A stretch of DNA of 57,469 nucleotides from Cyanobacteria bacterium P01_A01_bin.123 (GTDB taxonomy: Bacteria > Cyanobacteriota > Cyanobacteriia > Phormidesmidales > Phormidesmidaceae): contig JBCBZT010000047.1 in NCBI GenBank assembly GCA_039815185.1, positions 1 to 57,469 on the forward strand, read 5' to 3'. The notes under the pieces were generated by a model that did no database searches, was not told where the DNA came from, and saw nothing but the letters and a program-made list of their open reading frames with translations. The position numbers and the translations under genes were made by a program. This document shows positions 1-9,786 of the stretch, piece by piece. Each line of letters begins with the position of its first letter. Position 1 is the first letter of the stretch.

Positions 1-114
1 AAACCTAAGATGCAGGTGGTTGGCGCGATGATGCATAAGCTCATTCGGGTCATTTATGGCGTGCTTAAATCAGGCCAGCCCTTTGACCCAGACAAACTGC
101 TTCCAGCGACTTGA
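1..114 (+). CDS. IS110-family transposase/recombinase, C-terminal fragment (runs off the window start)
   Basis: Frame 1 reads KPKMQVVGAMMHKLIRVIYGVLKSGQPFDPDKLLPAT*, matching the typical IS110 C-terminal pattern (K.KM..vgA.MhKL.r.iygvLKsg.pFDP). It is absent from the ORF track because it is partial. Confidence 0.85.
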   Translation, partial: KPKMQVVGAMMHKLIRVIYGVLKSGQPFDPDKLLPAT

Positions 115-138
115 CAGACACTGTTCAAAACAGTATCT
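1..138 (+). mobile_element. IS110-family element, right end (short RE ending ...ACAGTATCT)
   Basis: The transposase stop overlaps a perfect TTGACA (111-116). ACAGTATCT follows at 130-138, ending in a CT core. No terminal inverted repeat is visible. Confidence 0.7.
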
Positions 139-178
139 ACATTTGAATTAGCCCAGCTACTTATTCGACAAGCCTATC

Positions 179-204
179 TTTTTAGATACGATTTTTAGAT
201 ACGA
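179..204. repeat. Perfect 13-bp tandem duplication (TTTTTAGATACGA x2)
   Basis: Copies at 179-191 and 192-204, abutting the stop codon of the gene at 205..1392. Confidence 0.9.
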
Positions 205-1392
205 TCAATCGGTTGCCTTCAGGGGCAGATCCGCATTGATGCAGTCAATTTCCTGCTGTTCAAGCTGGTTGACCTCACCGATGTAGTTCATCAAAACCGA
301 CTGTAGCTTCGGATCGTAGAACCGATGCAGGCTGTAGTTGGGGCTAGCTGGAAACCCACGACGCTTTTTGTGCCGTCCGCCAGCCCCGGGATCAAAAAGC
401 TGAATGCCTTGGCTAATCGCCCACTCAATGGGTGTGTAGTAACAGGCATTGAAGTGCAAATTACTGTAATCCTCAAAAGAGCCCCAGTAGCGACCATAGA
501 GGCGATCGCCCTTGGTTAAGCAAAACGACATCCCAACAGGATTCGGACTGTCATCACGATAGGCAGCTGCCAGCACCACCCGATGACGATAATCTTTGTG
601 GAGCTGCTCAAAGAACTTACGGGTTAAATATTTACTCCCCCACCAGCCAAATTTGTCGCAGGTGTCACCATAGAAGCGATACATCTGAGTGCATAGGGCC
701 TTGGTGATGTCATCCCCGGCATGAATCACCATGCGCAAGCCGGCTTTATCAACCGATTTTCGTTCTCGCTTGATATTGCGTCGCTGGTTGGCATTAAACG
801 CTTTGAGATAGTCATCAAACGTTTGATAACCCTGGTTTTGCCAGATATAGCTGTGGTGCAGCCAGGCGCGGAAACCGAGAGCCTCCATCCGCGATTTCCA
901 GCTTGGATCCACATAGAGGAAATTGCAGCCCGAGATGCGATTGCGATCGCAAAATTCGTCAATCGCCTGCACCATCACCCGCGTCAACGCATCCTCATTC
1001 TCATCAGCGGCGATTAAAAACCGATAGCCCTCTGCTGGGGTAAACGGCGACATTCCCAGCAGCTTGGGATAGTACTGGACATTCAGCCGGGCAGCGACAT
1101 CGGCCCACTGATGATCAAACACAAATTCGCCATAGCTGTGGCCTTTGAGATAAAGGGGCGCGGCCGCCACTAAAGTGCGATCGCCACCCTGCTCTCGCCA
1201 AATCGTGAGGTGGTTAGGCAACCAACCCGCATTCGCCACCGCACTTCCAGAGGACTCCATATTGTGCAGCCAAGCCCACTCAAAAAAAGGGGTGGTTAAT
1301 GGCATGGCCAACATATCCCAAGCGGCTTGTGGGATTTCGGCAATGCTTCGAATCCAGGATACTAGGTAACAAGCCTTCACAGATTCCGCCAT
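205..1392 (-). CDS. FemAB-like GNAT-fold N-acetyltransferase (DUF482 family)
   Basis: Motifs PLYLKGHSYGEFVFDHQWA, YYPKLLGMSPFTPAEG, LYGRYWG, LHFNACYY, FDPGAGG.HK..RGF. Confidence 0.9.
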   Translation of the reverse strand: MAESVKACYLVSWIRSIAEIPQAAWDMLAMPLTTPFFEWAWLHNMESSGSAVANAGWLPNHLTIWREQGGDRTLVAAAPLYLKGHSYGEFVFDHQWADVAARLNVQYYPKLLGMSPFTPAEGYRFLIAADENEDALTRVMVQAIDEFCDRNRISGCNFLYVDPSWKSRMEALGFRAWLHHSYIWQNQGYQTFDDYLKAFNANQRRNIKRERKSVDKAGLRMVIHAGDDITKALCTQMYRFYGDTCDKFGWWGSKYLTRKFFEQLHKDYRHRVVLAAAYRDDSPNPVGMSFCLTKGDRLYGRYWGSFEDYSNLHFNACYYTPIEWAISQGIQLFDPGAGGRHKKRRGFPASPNYSLHRFYDPKLQSVLMNYIGEVNQLEQQEIDCINADLPLKATD

Positions 1393-1520
1393 AGATAGAG
1401 TTGAAAGGGAACTAGCACTGCTGAAAAAGACACCGTTCTAGCCTAAACCACATCTAGTTTGAAAGCTTGAGTTTCACCGCAGCAGTAGCCACAGAGTCTA
1501 GATGGGTTCAAGGTCTAAAT

Positions 1521-2231
1521 TCAATTCTCCGATGGGCACGGGTTGCGCTGAACACGGTAGTGCAGAAACACTTCATCAGCGATCGCGCGGGTTGAAAGCA
1601 GCTGCAAGCGGGGCGCTTGGGCTGATAACCAACCGGCACCATCCACTGGCGTTGGGGATGTTGCCCCACCCAGTAATAGCGGGCAAATCGTCAGTTGGAG
1701 TTCGTCCACTAAATCAGCAGCCAGCCACTGGGCAACCAAGGTGCCACCCCCCAGCAAAGCCAAGCGCCGAATATCCAAGTCAGCTAGGGATTCAACCATC
1801 TTGGGCCAATCCATGGTTCCTTGCCGAGCGATCAACAGGTGATCAAATCCGGGGCGATCGCCCCAGGCGATCGCCCCGTCCGGCGTTGTGATTAGTCCCC
1901 TCAGAAACGGTTGCTGAAAAAATCGCCAGTCGGGCTTCAATTGCCCCGAGCGAGAACATACAAAGTGTATGGGTTGCTCGGTAAAACCTCGGCGAACACG
2001 GTCTTTGATCAGGTCAGGAGATTTAATCAGCACGCTGGTGCCGTAGGCCCGCAGGGTACCTGCGCCAAACACGACAGCATCGACTGAGGCGATCGCAGCT
2101 TCTAAGTGCATCCGATCTTGAGCTGAGGGAAACCTTGCAGGCGATCGTTGATAATCTGCAATCTTACCGTCGGCACTTATGGCCAAAATAACCGTCGTAT
2201 GCACCAAACGAGTTAACTTTGTCCCACCCAT
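1521..2231 (-). CDS. RibD C-terminal reductase-domain protein
   Basis: Motifs LAISADGKIA, DAVVFGAGT, LLGGGTL, LVDELQLTICPLLLGG...PTPVDG. Confidence 0.85.
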   Translation of the reverse strand: MGGTKLTRLVHTTVILAISADGKIADYQRSPARFPSAQDRMHLEAAIASVDAVVFGAGTLRAYGTSVLIKSPDLIKDRVRRGFTEQPIHFVCSRSGQLKPDWRFFQQPFLRGLITTPDGAIAWGDRPGFDHLLIARQGTMDWPKMVESLADLDIRRLALLGGGTLVAQWLAADLVDELQLTICPLLLGGATSPTPVDGAGWLSAQAPRLQLLSTRAIADEVFLHYRVQRNPCPSEN

Positions 2232-2470
2232 GCGTTACCGAAACCAGTAGGCCATAATAGGAACGTTCGCCAACATCATTAAAACTCTAGGCTATAGATT
2301 TTCTCTGATGGTGTCTTGATATCTGATTTAAGATGTCTTGACATTTGGTTTGCTAAGCTCTCAATCAGGTATGTATCGCTTACGCTTTAAGCTTTTCAAA
2401 TCGGATATCCAATACCGATGATTTCCAGGTTATGGGTCATTCCATTTATATGGCGCTTCACTGAGTTCCA

Positions 2471-4696
2471 ATGTCACGATCCCGTCCTCGCTCATTTCGG
2501 CGTATCTTACTGCTGCGGATTCTGCTGCTAAGCTTCCCGATCTTATTGATTGGGCAGTACGCCACCCTGCGGAAAGCCCGAACAAGTTTGCTAGATACTG
2601 CTCGGCAGAACCTTGCCAGTAGCGCCATCCGCAAAGCTGAAAGCTTTGATCTGAGTCTCCGTGCCTTAGAGAGCCACTTACAAACGTTGACTCAAACAAC
2701 CGCATTACAAAGCGGCTCCGCATCAGATATTGAGGCATCCCTCACCAACTTTAGCGATACCTTTCCATTTTCAGTGACTTGTCTTCAGCTCACTGATGTT
2801 CAATCTCAGACCCTGGTTATCGACACTTGCCCCACTGCCTTACCCGACCCTCCCGAGCCCTTACCCTGGCTAACTCAATCTGGGCAGAATGCAATCCCCA
2901 ATCAAAGCTTTTATTTGATTGCCGCAGGACAGGCTGCTGATATGTTTCCGGACAGCACCTCCAGCAGCCAAACCAAGATCGATCCCCTGACAGAGTCTCC
3001 AGAAGACAATCCAGTTTTGGGCACAGACACCAACTATACCCAAGCCCACCTAGACGTTGTCGTCGCCACTCCGGTTTATGGTTCGGACAGCACCTTACGC
3101 TATACCCTCTCTGTCCATGCCATGATTGACCAGCTCCAAAATACTGACCCCCGATCCCTGGTGGGCGATACGGTGATAGTCGATGAGCAACTCCGCATTT
3201 TGGTTCACCCTGATCCCACTCAAATCGGCAAGACTGCTCCTGAAGTCAATGGTGGCGATCGGCTACAGAGCCTCGTTGGCAACGTTTGGGCAGGCAACAA
3301 CGGGACGTTGCATCTGTTTAACTTTATGTCCAATCAGCAGGAGTGGTTAGCCGGATATACAGGGCTAGATGTTTCGGTTGCCCCGGATGAAACCCGACGA
3401 TGGACTATTTTGGCTGTTACCCCGCTAGACCATGCTCTCCAGGCACTTTGGGATATTCGCACAATCCTGATTGTGCTAACCCTAGGTCTATTGGGTGCTA
3501 ATGCAGTCTTAGCCCTTTATATTGCCCGCAGTCTCTCATTACCGATTGAGAAACTGGGACAGTATGCTGAACAAATTCAAGATCTGTCGCAGTTGAAAGA
3601 AGCCCCCCAAGATCTCAAGATTTGGGAACTTAACCGCCTTTCCCTGGTGCTGACCCGGATGATGAAGCGCCTTGAAGACCGCGCTAGAGAACTCCGCCAT
3701 GCCTGGCAAGATGCCCAACTGGCCAATCAGCTTAAAAACGAGTTCTTGGCCAATACATCCCACGAATTGCGCACACCACTCAACGCCATTATTGGTTGCC
3801 TACGGTTAGTCAAAGACGACTGTTGTGATACTCGTGACGAAGAACTAGATTTTTTGGAACGGGCTGATCATGCCGCCATTCACTTACTCAAAATCATTAA
3901 CGACATTCTGGATATTGCCAAAATTGAGTCTGGGACGTTGGCCCTTGAATCAGAAACCGTCAATCTGACCCAGGTGATTACAGAAGTGATTGATCTGCAA
4001 AGCGTCCAGATTCAAGATAAGGGGCTGACTTTACAGCGGCCTGATTTGTCCACCCCGATTTTAGTCCAGGCCGATCGGGCCAAGTTAAAACAGGTACTGC
4101 TGAATATTACCTATAACGCCCTTAAGTTTACAGAACAGGGCAGCATTGCCATTGAGTTGAACCGTCAGCTAGCCCCCCCCCTCACAAAACAGCTCAACTC
4201 GACATTGAGCCCAACCAACCCAGATCAAGCCGGGCTAGACCCGGCAAACCATGAGACGATTACCAATGGGAGCGTCAAGCCCAGCACGCCATCTCAGGTT
4301 GCGATTGTGATTCGCGACACCGGCATTGGTATTGACCCAAAACAGCAGCACAAGCTCTTTCGCCCCTTTGTCATGGTTGATGGCAGCACTACCCGTCGAT
4401 TTGAGGGCACCGGTTTAGGATTGGCAATTTCCAAAAATCTGATGTCATTGATGGCAGGCACCATCAGCTTGAGCAGTGAAGGAATTGGCAAAGGCACGAC
4501 AGTCACCTTAACGTTGCCGATATTGGCCATGACCCCTGACTTGACGAATGCCGTAGATGATCTCAAAGCAAGCGATGGGATGAAGGCATCTAACGAGTTT
4601 GAGAAAAATGGACTGAAGGGCGATCGCGATGATTTTGCCATCAGCCACGCTCCGGGCAATGTCCCCCAGGCAAATGCTCGAACAGACGAAGGCTAA
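2471..4696 (+). CDS. Membrane sensor histidine kinase (Cache-like, HAMP, HisKA, HATPase)
   Basis: Two TM segments, H-box FLANTSHELRTPLNAI, N-box NALKFT, DTGIGI and GTGLGLAI. Confidence 0.92.
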   Translation: MSRSRPRSFRRILLLRILLLSFPILLIGQYATLRKARTSLLDTARQNLASSAIRKAESFDLSLRALESHLQTLTQTTALQSGSASDIEASLTNFSDTFPFSVTCLQLTDVQSQTLVIDTCPTALPDPPEPLPWLTQSGQNAIPNQSFYLIAAGQAADMFPDSTSSSQTKIDPLTESPEDNPVLGTDTNYTQAHLDVVVATPVYGSDSTLRYTLSVHAMIDQLQNTDPRSLVGDTVIVDEQLRILVHPDPTQIGKTAPEVNGGDRLQSLVGNVWAGNNGTLHLFNFMSNQQEWLAGYTGLDVSVAPDETRRWTILAVTPLDHALQALWDIRTILIVLTLGLLGANAVLALYIARSLSLPIEKLGQYAEQIQDLSQLKEAPQDLKIWELNRLSLVLTRMMKRLEDRARELRHAWQDAQLANQLKNEFLANTSHELRTPLNAIIGCLRLVKDDCCDTRDEELDFLERADHAAIHLLKIINDILDIAKIESGTLALESETVNLTQVITEVIDLQSVQIQDKGLTLQRPDLSTPILVQADRAKLKQVLLNITYNALKFTEQGSIAIELNRQLAPPLTKQLNSTLSPTNPDQAGLDPANHETITNGSVKPSTPSQVAIVIRDTGIGIDPKQQHKLFRPFVMVDGSTTRRFEGTGLGLAISKNLMSLMAGTISLSSEGIGKGTTVTLTLPILAMTPDLTNAVDDLKASDGMKASNEFEKNGLKGDRDDFAISHAPGNVPQANARTDEG

Positions 4697-4791
4697 ACCA
4701 GATCCGATTTGAAAATTTGCGTCTTGAGCTCAGAAGCGCTGGGAACCCTCGTATAAACAAGATTTCAAGATTTAAATTGTGATTGCCTGGA

Positions 4792-5853
4792 TTAAAGACT
4801 CAGATCAATGGGGGTTCCCCCCTGAGCTAATGAGCAGGACAGCGCTTCTAAAATCCGCACTAAATCCGCACCTACTTCTCCAGAAGAAACCGTAGATGGC
4901 GTTTGCTGCTGTACGCAGGTGACAAAATGCTCACAGACCTGCTTGAGCGGTTCCGCTTTCGGTAGGGCGATCGCCTCAGTCTCTAGCCCTACCGGAACAA
5001 ACCATTGCCCCTGCCGTTCAAACTGTCCCTGTTGCAGGGTGAGCGGAGATTCTGTGTTAATCTCATCAAAAATTAACGTGCCGCGATTGCCAACGATCCC
5101 TAAACGTCTCTGTTTATCTGGGTTCAGCCAACATAGATGAATATGGGCCTGAAACCGATTGGCATAGGTCAAGGTCAACCAGACTAAATCAGCGAGCCCC
5201 TTGGCAAAGTGGGGCGGCTGGTTCACCTGGGGTTGCAGCCAGGCCTGCCCCTTGGCCTCAACTCGGCAGGGCATTTGCCCCAACCAGTGGTTAAAGATGG
5301 CAATATCATGAATTGCCAGATCCCAGAGGGCATCAACATCGAGACGAACCGGGCCGAGATTGCTGCGGGTAGCATATCCATAGCGCAAATTGCCCAAACG
5401 CCCTGTATCAAGCACCTGTTTACCTTCCTGTACCGCTGGATGGAAGAGGTACGTGTGATCGACAACGAGTTGACGCTGGGTATCGCAGGCTAGACGGCAC
5501 AGTTCCAAGCTTTGCTCGCTGTTGAGCGTCAGCGGCTTTTCTGCCAGGACATGAATGCCCTGAGTCAATGCTGCCGTAATTAGCTCATAGTGGGTTACGG
5601 CAGGGGTGGCGATCGCGATCGCATCGAGCCCTGGCAACGCCAATGCTGCAGCCCAGTCTGGCGTCAACTTAACCGCTGACGGCAAATCAAAACGCTGCTG
5701 CACTTGGGCCAACTGCTCTGGGCGCGGGTCAACCACCGCAATCACCTCAACCTGGGGTAAGGCTAAAAAGTTGCGTAGTAAATTCACACCCCAACGACCA
5801 ACACCAAAAACAGCCAGTTTTAGAGCAGGGGAAGTCATGGTAAGTCTTGTCAC
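4792..5853 (-). CDS. Gfo/Idh/MocA family oxidoreductase
   Basis: Rossmann motif GVGRWG, IATPAVTH, HVLAEKPL, WDLAIHD. Confidence 0.92.
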   Translation of the reverse strand: MTRLTMTSPALKLAVFGVGRWGVNLLRNFLALPQVEVIAVVDPRPEQLAQVQQRFDLPSAVKLTPDWAAALALPGLDAIAIATPAVTHYELITAALTQGIHVLAEKPLTLNSEQSLELCRLACDTQRQLVVDHTYLFHPAVQEGKQVLDTGRLGNLRYGYATRSNLGPVRLDVDALWDLAIHDIAIFNHWLGQMPCRVEAKGQAWLQPQVNQPPHFAKGLADLVWLTLTYANRFQAHIHLCWLNPDKQRRLGIVGNRGTLIFDEINTESPLTLQQGQFERQGQWFVPVGLETEAIALPKAEPLKQVCEHFVTCVQQQTPSTVSSGEVGADLVRILEALSCSLAQGGTPIDLSL

Positions 5854-5920
5854 ATGCGTCAGTCAGTTCCACCAAGCCCAGCATGCCCAGGTCAAGCTAC
5901 TCCACTAACGACTGGCCAAT

Positions 5921-6646
5921 TTAATCCGACAAATGTTTAAGCAACGTCCCATAGGCTTTGCGGGCGGCGGCTTGTTCAGCCAGTTTCATCGATCGGCCTT
6001 TGCCCGCGCCCCAAGCACGCCCCTGCACCCAGACCTCAGCCCCAAACCGTTCACGATCCCCGTGGGCTTGGCTCAATTCTTGGGTGCGATAGTCGGGCAG
6101 AACTTTGTAATGGGCTTGGGTGAGTTCTTGTAGGGCCGTCTTGTAATTTTCTAAGGCCGGGTCTTGCAAGATTTGCATCGCCAGGGTTTGAAAATGGGAA
6201 TCCAGCCAACCATGAACCAGTTGAGTATCCTGAGTAGCGCTGTAAAGGGCCCCAAGAATCGCTTCTAAGCTATCAGCCAAGCGAGACTGACGGGCAGCCA
6301 AGTCATGGCGGGCAGCTACGGAAAAGATCATGTAGCGTTCTAAATCGTATTGGGCGGCAATTTGGGCCAGCACATCATCACTCACTAAGCGCGATCGCGT
6401 CGCCGCCAGTTCACCCACCGTAGCATCAGGAAACTGAGACATCAAAAACTCTGCTGCCGCCAAACGCAAAGCAGCATCACCGAGGAATTCGAGCCGTTCA
6501 TAGTTGCGATCGCCACTGGCAGAAGGATGGGTCAGAGCCCGGTCTAAGCAGTCCCAATCCAGGCGATCGTCCTCCGGAATACCCAGATGTTGCAATAACC
6601 GCTTGAGTTGATCTAATCGCGTCGAATCCACTAACACCCTTCTCAA
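5921..6646 (-). CDS. rnc: Ribonuclease III
   Basis: Signature NYERLEFLGDAAL and ADSLEAILGALY, plus a C-terminal dsRBD (NYKTALQELTQ...GKGRSMKLAEQAAA). Start codon is uncertain. Confidence 0.95.
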   Translation of the reverse strand: MRRVLVDSTRLDQLKRLLQHLGIPEDDRLDWDCLDRALTHPSASGDRNYERLEFLGDAALRLAAAEFLMSQFPDATVGELAATRSRLVSDDVLAQIAAQYDLERYMIFSVAARHDLAARQSRLADSLEAILGALYSATQDTQLVHGWLDSHFQTLAMQILQDPALENYKTALQELTQAHYKVLPDYRTQELSQAHGDRERFGAEVWVQGRAWGAGKGRSMKLAEQAAARKAYGTLLKHLSD

Positions 6647-6698
6647 GAAAAACCGTTACTAAACTAATCAATCCTTCATCCCAAAAGCGGGTCGAAAA

Positions 6699-7133
6699 GA
6701 AGGAAAGAGCCAGACATAAGCCGGGTTCTGTTCTTTAGGGAATCCCCAAAGGGCAGTTATCTATCTGGGACGGCTGTTACCAGACGCCTCAAGCGGTACT
6801 CACAAGCGGGACTGGGAAAAGACCAACCATTGCCCCTCGACCTTGCTCCCAACCGGGGTTTACCTAGCCAACACCTCTCGATGTTGCTGGTGCGCTCTTA
6901 CCGCACCCTTGCACCCTTACCTGCGAAATTTTGGATTTTGAATTTCGGATTTTGGATGCAACCAAAATCTAAAATCGCCAATCTAAAATCGCATCGGCGG
7001 TATGTTTCTGTGGCACTCTCCTCACGGTCACCCGCACTGGGCGTTACCCAGCAAGTCTGGTCTTTCGGGAGCCCGGACTTTCCTCAAGCCGAGTAATCTC
7101 GACCTGTAACCGCCTCGCCGACTCTTTCCTTCC
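6699..7133 (-). ncRNA. rnpB: RNase P RNA, bacterial type A
   Basis: The minus strand has GAGGAAAGTCCGGGCTC, AGTGCCACAGAAA, GGTAAACCCC, GAGCAAG and ACAGAACCCGGCTTA. The ends pair as P1 (GAAGGAAAGAGTC / GGCTCTTTCCTTC). Confidence 0.96.
6928..6990. repeat. STRR-like heptamer repeats arranged as an inverted pair inside rnpB helix P12
   Basis: (ATTTTGG/ATTTTGA/ATTTCGG/ATTTTGG), a short loop, then (CCAAAAT/CTAAAAT/CGCCAAT/CTAAAAT). Confidence 0.85.
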
Positions 7134-7165
7134 ATCCAGTCTAGTGAATCCCGGTGGCTTTAGGG

Positions 7166-7939
7166 TTATCGACTAAAAATCCACCGCAGCACGAAAAAGG
7201 CAGGTTCATCAGGCAATACTTCCATGGTGAAGTTAAAAGGAATCAGCAGTCGCATCGCCTGGGCATCTTCTTCTATTGTGCGTTTTAGCCAAACCAACAA
7301 CCGCAATGAATAGGTCTTAGGAATCTTATCCGGTAATTCGATCACCTGTTCAAAGTTGATCAGAGCCGCCTTGGCTTCTAGGGTTTGGTTCTCAGCATTT
7401 CGAGCAAACAATGACTCTGGAAAAATTGTGGCATTGAGCGCCTGTTCTGGATTGACCACACTAAACACCTGGGGTTGCAATAAATCCAGCGGCATTCCAG
7501 GAATTTGGCGAATCACCCGTTCGGTCTGCCCCTGCATCCGATTGATGGAACTGCGATCCCAATCGATATAAATCTGGACATCTGGATTACGGTTAGCCAC
7601 TTGCACCACCAAGGCCTGCAGTGGCGGGTTAAGTGGTTTTCTACCCTGGGGCAGAACCTGAATCTCAACAGTGCCATTGGGCTTTTCCCCTTGGGGTGAA
7701 GTCCACAGAGACAATACTAACGATCGGAGACCATTAACCGCTTCTACTACTTCAGCAGTCATCCGGTTAGTTTTACCCTGCTGTCCAATTTGCCCAGTCA
7801 CTTCGGTCTGTAAACTATCTGAATCAAGATGGATAGCGATTTGATCTTCAAATCGCTTTTCCAATGAAAGTGCCATCTGGTAGAGCACATAACCCACGCA
7901 GATGAAGTAAACCGTCAAAATCAGCAAGTCGGTGGACAT
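7166..7939 (-). CDS. Hypothetical protein with an N-terminal membrane anchor
   Basis: Long ORF. The likely start is ATG 7939 (MSTDLLILTVYFICVGYVLYQM, a hydrophobic helix) rather than 8026. Confidence 0.7.
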   Translation of the reverse strand: MSTDLLILTVYFICVGYVLYQMALSLEKRFEDQIAIHLDSDSLQTEVTGQIGQQGKTNRMTAEVVEAVNGLRSLVLSLWTSPQGEKPNGTVEIQVLPQGRKPLNPPLQALVVQVANRNPDVQIYIDWDRSSINRMQGQTERVIRQIPGMPLDLLQPQVFSVVNPEQALNATIFPESLFARNAENQTLEAKAALINFEQVIELPDKIPKTYSLRLLVWLKRTIEEDAQAMRLLIPFNFTMEVLPDEPAFFVLRWIFSR

Positions 7940-8148
7940 AGCAGAGGGAAAGCGCCCCAGACCAAAAATTGCAGTCACATAAACCTTAGCCACATCCAGA
8001 TTCCTAGCTAGCTCTCCTGAGCTCAAAGCTCAAAGGTTTTTCCTTAAGCTAAAAATCAAGTCTTTAAGTTGGATGTGGTTTGGATGCCTAAGGATAGACC
8101 GTTTTTTGTCCATCGCTTAAGATTTTATTAGAAGCTTTGCGTTCAACC

Positions 8149-8484
8149 ATGTTAGATTCTTTAGCCTCACTGTTGGGCCGCCGTCCTCAACCCGTCAACG
8201 CCCAAGTCGAAATCTACACTTGGCAAACTTGCCCCTACTGCATCCGCGCCAAGCTACTGCTGTGGTGGAAGGGGTCGAGCTACGCCGAATACAAAATTGA
8301 TGGTGATGGCGCGGCTCGATTGCGCATGGCGGAAAGGGCTAATGGACGCAAAAGCGTGCCTCAGATTTTTATCAACGATGAGCACATCGGTGGCTGTGAT
8401 GATCTGTATGCTTTGGATACTCAGAATAAGCTTGATTCGCTTTTGGCCGCTGCCCCTAGCCGTTCATCATCGTCGTCTATGTAA
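8149..8484 (+). CDS. grxC: Glutaredoxin 3
   Basis: CPYC active site, SVPQIFI, HIGGCDDL. Start moved to ATG 8149. Confidence 0.93.
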   Translation: MLDSLASLLGRRPQPVNAQVEIYTWQTCPYCIRAKLLLWWKGSSYAEYKIDGDGAARLRMAERANGRKSVPQIFINDEHIGGCDDLYALDTQNKLDSLLAAAPSRSSSSSM

Positions 8485-8644
8485 GAAGCAAGCTGAACCT
8501 CAGCAACCCATAGTGCTTTGAGCGCGCAAACGGTGCGGAGATGCAAAGTTTTTGTGAAACGCACTCATTTTCCTGTAAGTGATGCCCTGGGATGGGAAGT
8601 ATAAAAATGTGACTCATTCACTTATGGGTATTCCATCCAACATC

Positions 8645-8995
8645 ATGGCAAAAACATTTTCTTTCCGGGCCGTTTCCACTGCAATTGCCCTAGCAATTCC
8701 GACTCTCATGGTTGGCGTGCAGGCCGCTTTGGCTGAAGCGCTTGAATTCACGCTAATTAACGACTCTAGTCAAGACATTTATTATTTGTACGTTAGCCCT
8801 TCTGCTTCTGACAGTTGGGGTTCAGACATCCTCGGTAGCGACATTATTCCCAGCGGCACGTCTAGCATAGTCACCATCGATGATGGCTTAGACACTTGCA
8901 ACTATGACTTATTGGCTGTTTCTCCAAGTGGGGACGAAGTTGAGGACTACAACCTTAATATGTGCGAAATTTCAACCTACACGGTGACTAACTAG
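8645..8995 (+). CDS. Small acidic secreted protein, paralog 1
   Basis: Signal peptide ending AALA-E, then FTLINDSSQDIYYLYVSPS..DSWG.D.LG and two conserved Cys. Start 8645 is set by alignment to paralog 2. Confidence 0.85.
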   Translation: MAKTFSFRAVSTAIALAIPTLMVGVQAALAEALEFTLINDSSQDIYYLYVSPSASDSWGSDILGSDIIPSGTSSIVTIDDGLDTCNYDLLAVSPSGDEVEDYNLNMCEISTYTVTN

Positions 8996-9069
8996 GCTTC
9001 AAAGGAACCTAAGTTTCTGCATAAAGTCAGTTAATGATACGTCGGCTACTAGTTGAGCCAGGTCAGCGC

Positions 9070-9120
9070 TTGGTATTGTCAGCCACGTTGCCGCTTTTGC
9101 GATATGGCCGACAATACCAA
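9070..9120. terminator. Long inverted repeat between the two paralogs (terminator or stabilising hairpin)
   Basis: TTGGTATTGTC (9070-9080) pairs with GACAATACCAA (9110-9120), with further inner pairing. Confidence 0.55.
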
Positions 9121-9265
9121 ACCACTCAGTTCACATTCTGACGTATCATAAATAACACTAGAACACTGAAAAGTTTTATCGGAAAAGTCCCCAGTTTTCC
9201 GTAAATGATACCCTCAAGGTAGAAGTTCTATAGTGGCCCGTTAATCTACAGGTAATCCCAACACT

Positions 9266-9616
9266 ATGACAAAAGCATTTTCCTTCCGTGCCGTTTCCAC
9301 GGCGATCGCCCTAGCGATCCCAACTCTGATCGTTGGCGTGCAAGCAGCTCTGGCTGAAGCACTGGAATTTACGCTGATTAATGAGTCTAGCCAAGACGTT
9401 TACTACCTTTATGTTAGCCCCTCCTCCTCTGACAGTTGGGGTGAGGATGTTCTCGGGACTGACACTATTCCGAGCGGCGGGTCTAGCGTCATCACCATCG
9501 ATGATGACATGGATACCTGTGATTATGATTTATTGGCGGTTTCCCCAACAGGCGACGAAGTTGAAGATTACAGCGTCGATCTGTGCGAGATTTCAACCTA
9601 CACCATTACTGACTAG
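9266..9616 (+). CDS. Small acidic secreted protein, paralog 2
   Basis: Same length (116 aa) as 8645..8995 and colinear with it at high identity. Confidence 0.85.
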   Translation: MTKAFSFRAVSTAIALAIPTLIVGVQAALAEALEFTLINESSQDVYYLYVSPSSSDSWGEDVLGTDTIPSGGSSVITIDDDMDTCDYDLLAVSPTGDEVEDYSVDLCEISTYTITD

Positions 9617-9786
9617 ACCTGAAGTTAAGCTGATGTGTGCATCGATTCGGTAATGGATGCATCAGCTATGGTGCAAACGATTAAATCAAGCACTTAAATA
9701 TAAAGATTCAGATATTCCCCACGATGACGTTGTCTCCTTGTCGTGGAGCAGCCTAAAGTCAACTATGTCTTAACTTTAGGCAGCAC

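Noticed and set aside
6830..7096. 88-aa ORF on the + strand
   Set aside because: It is antisense to rnpB, and its odd WILNFGFW sequence is just the translated heptamer repeat.
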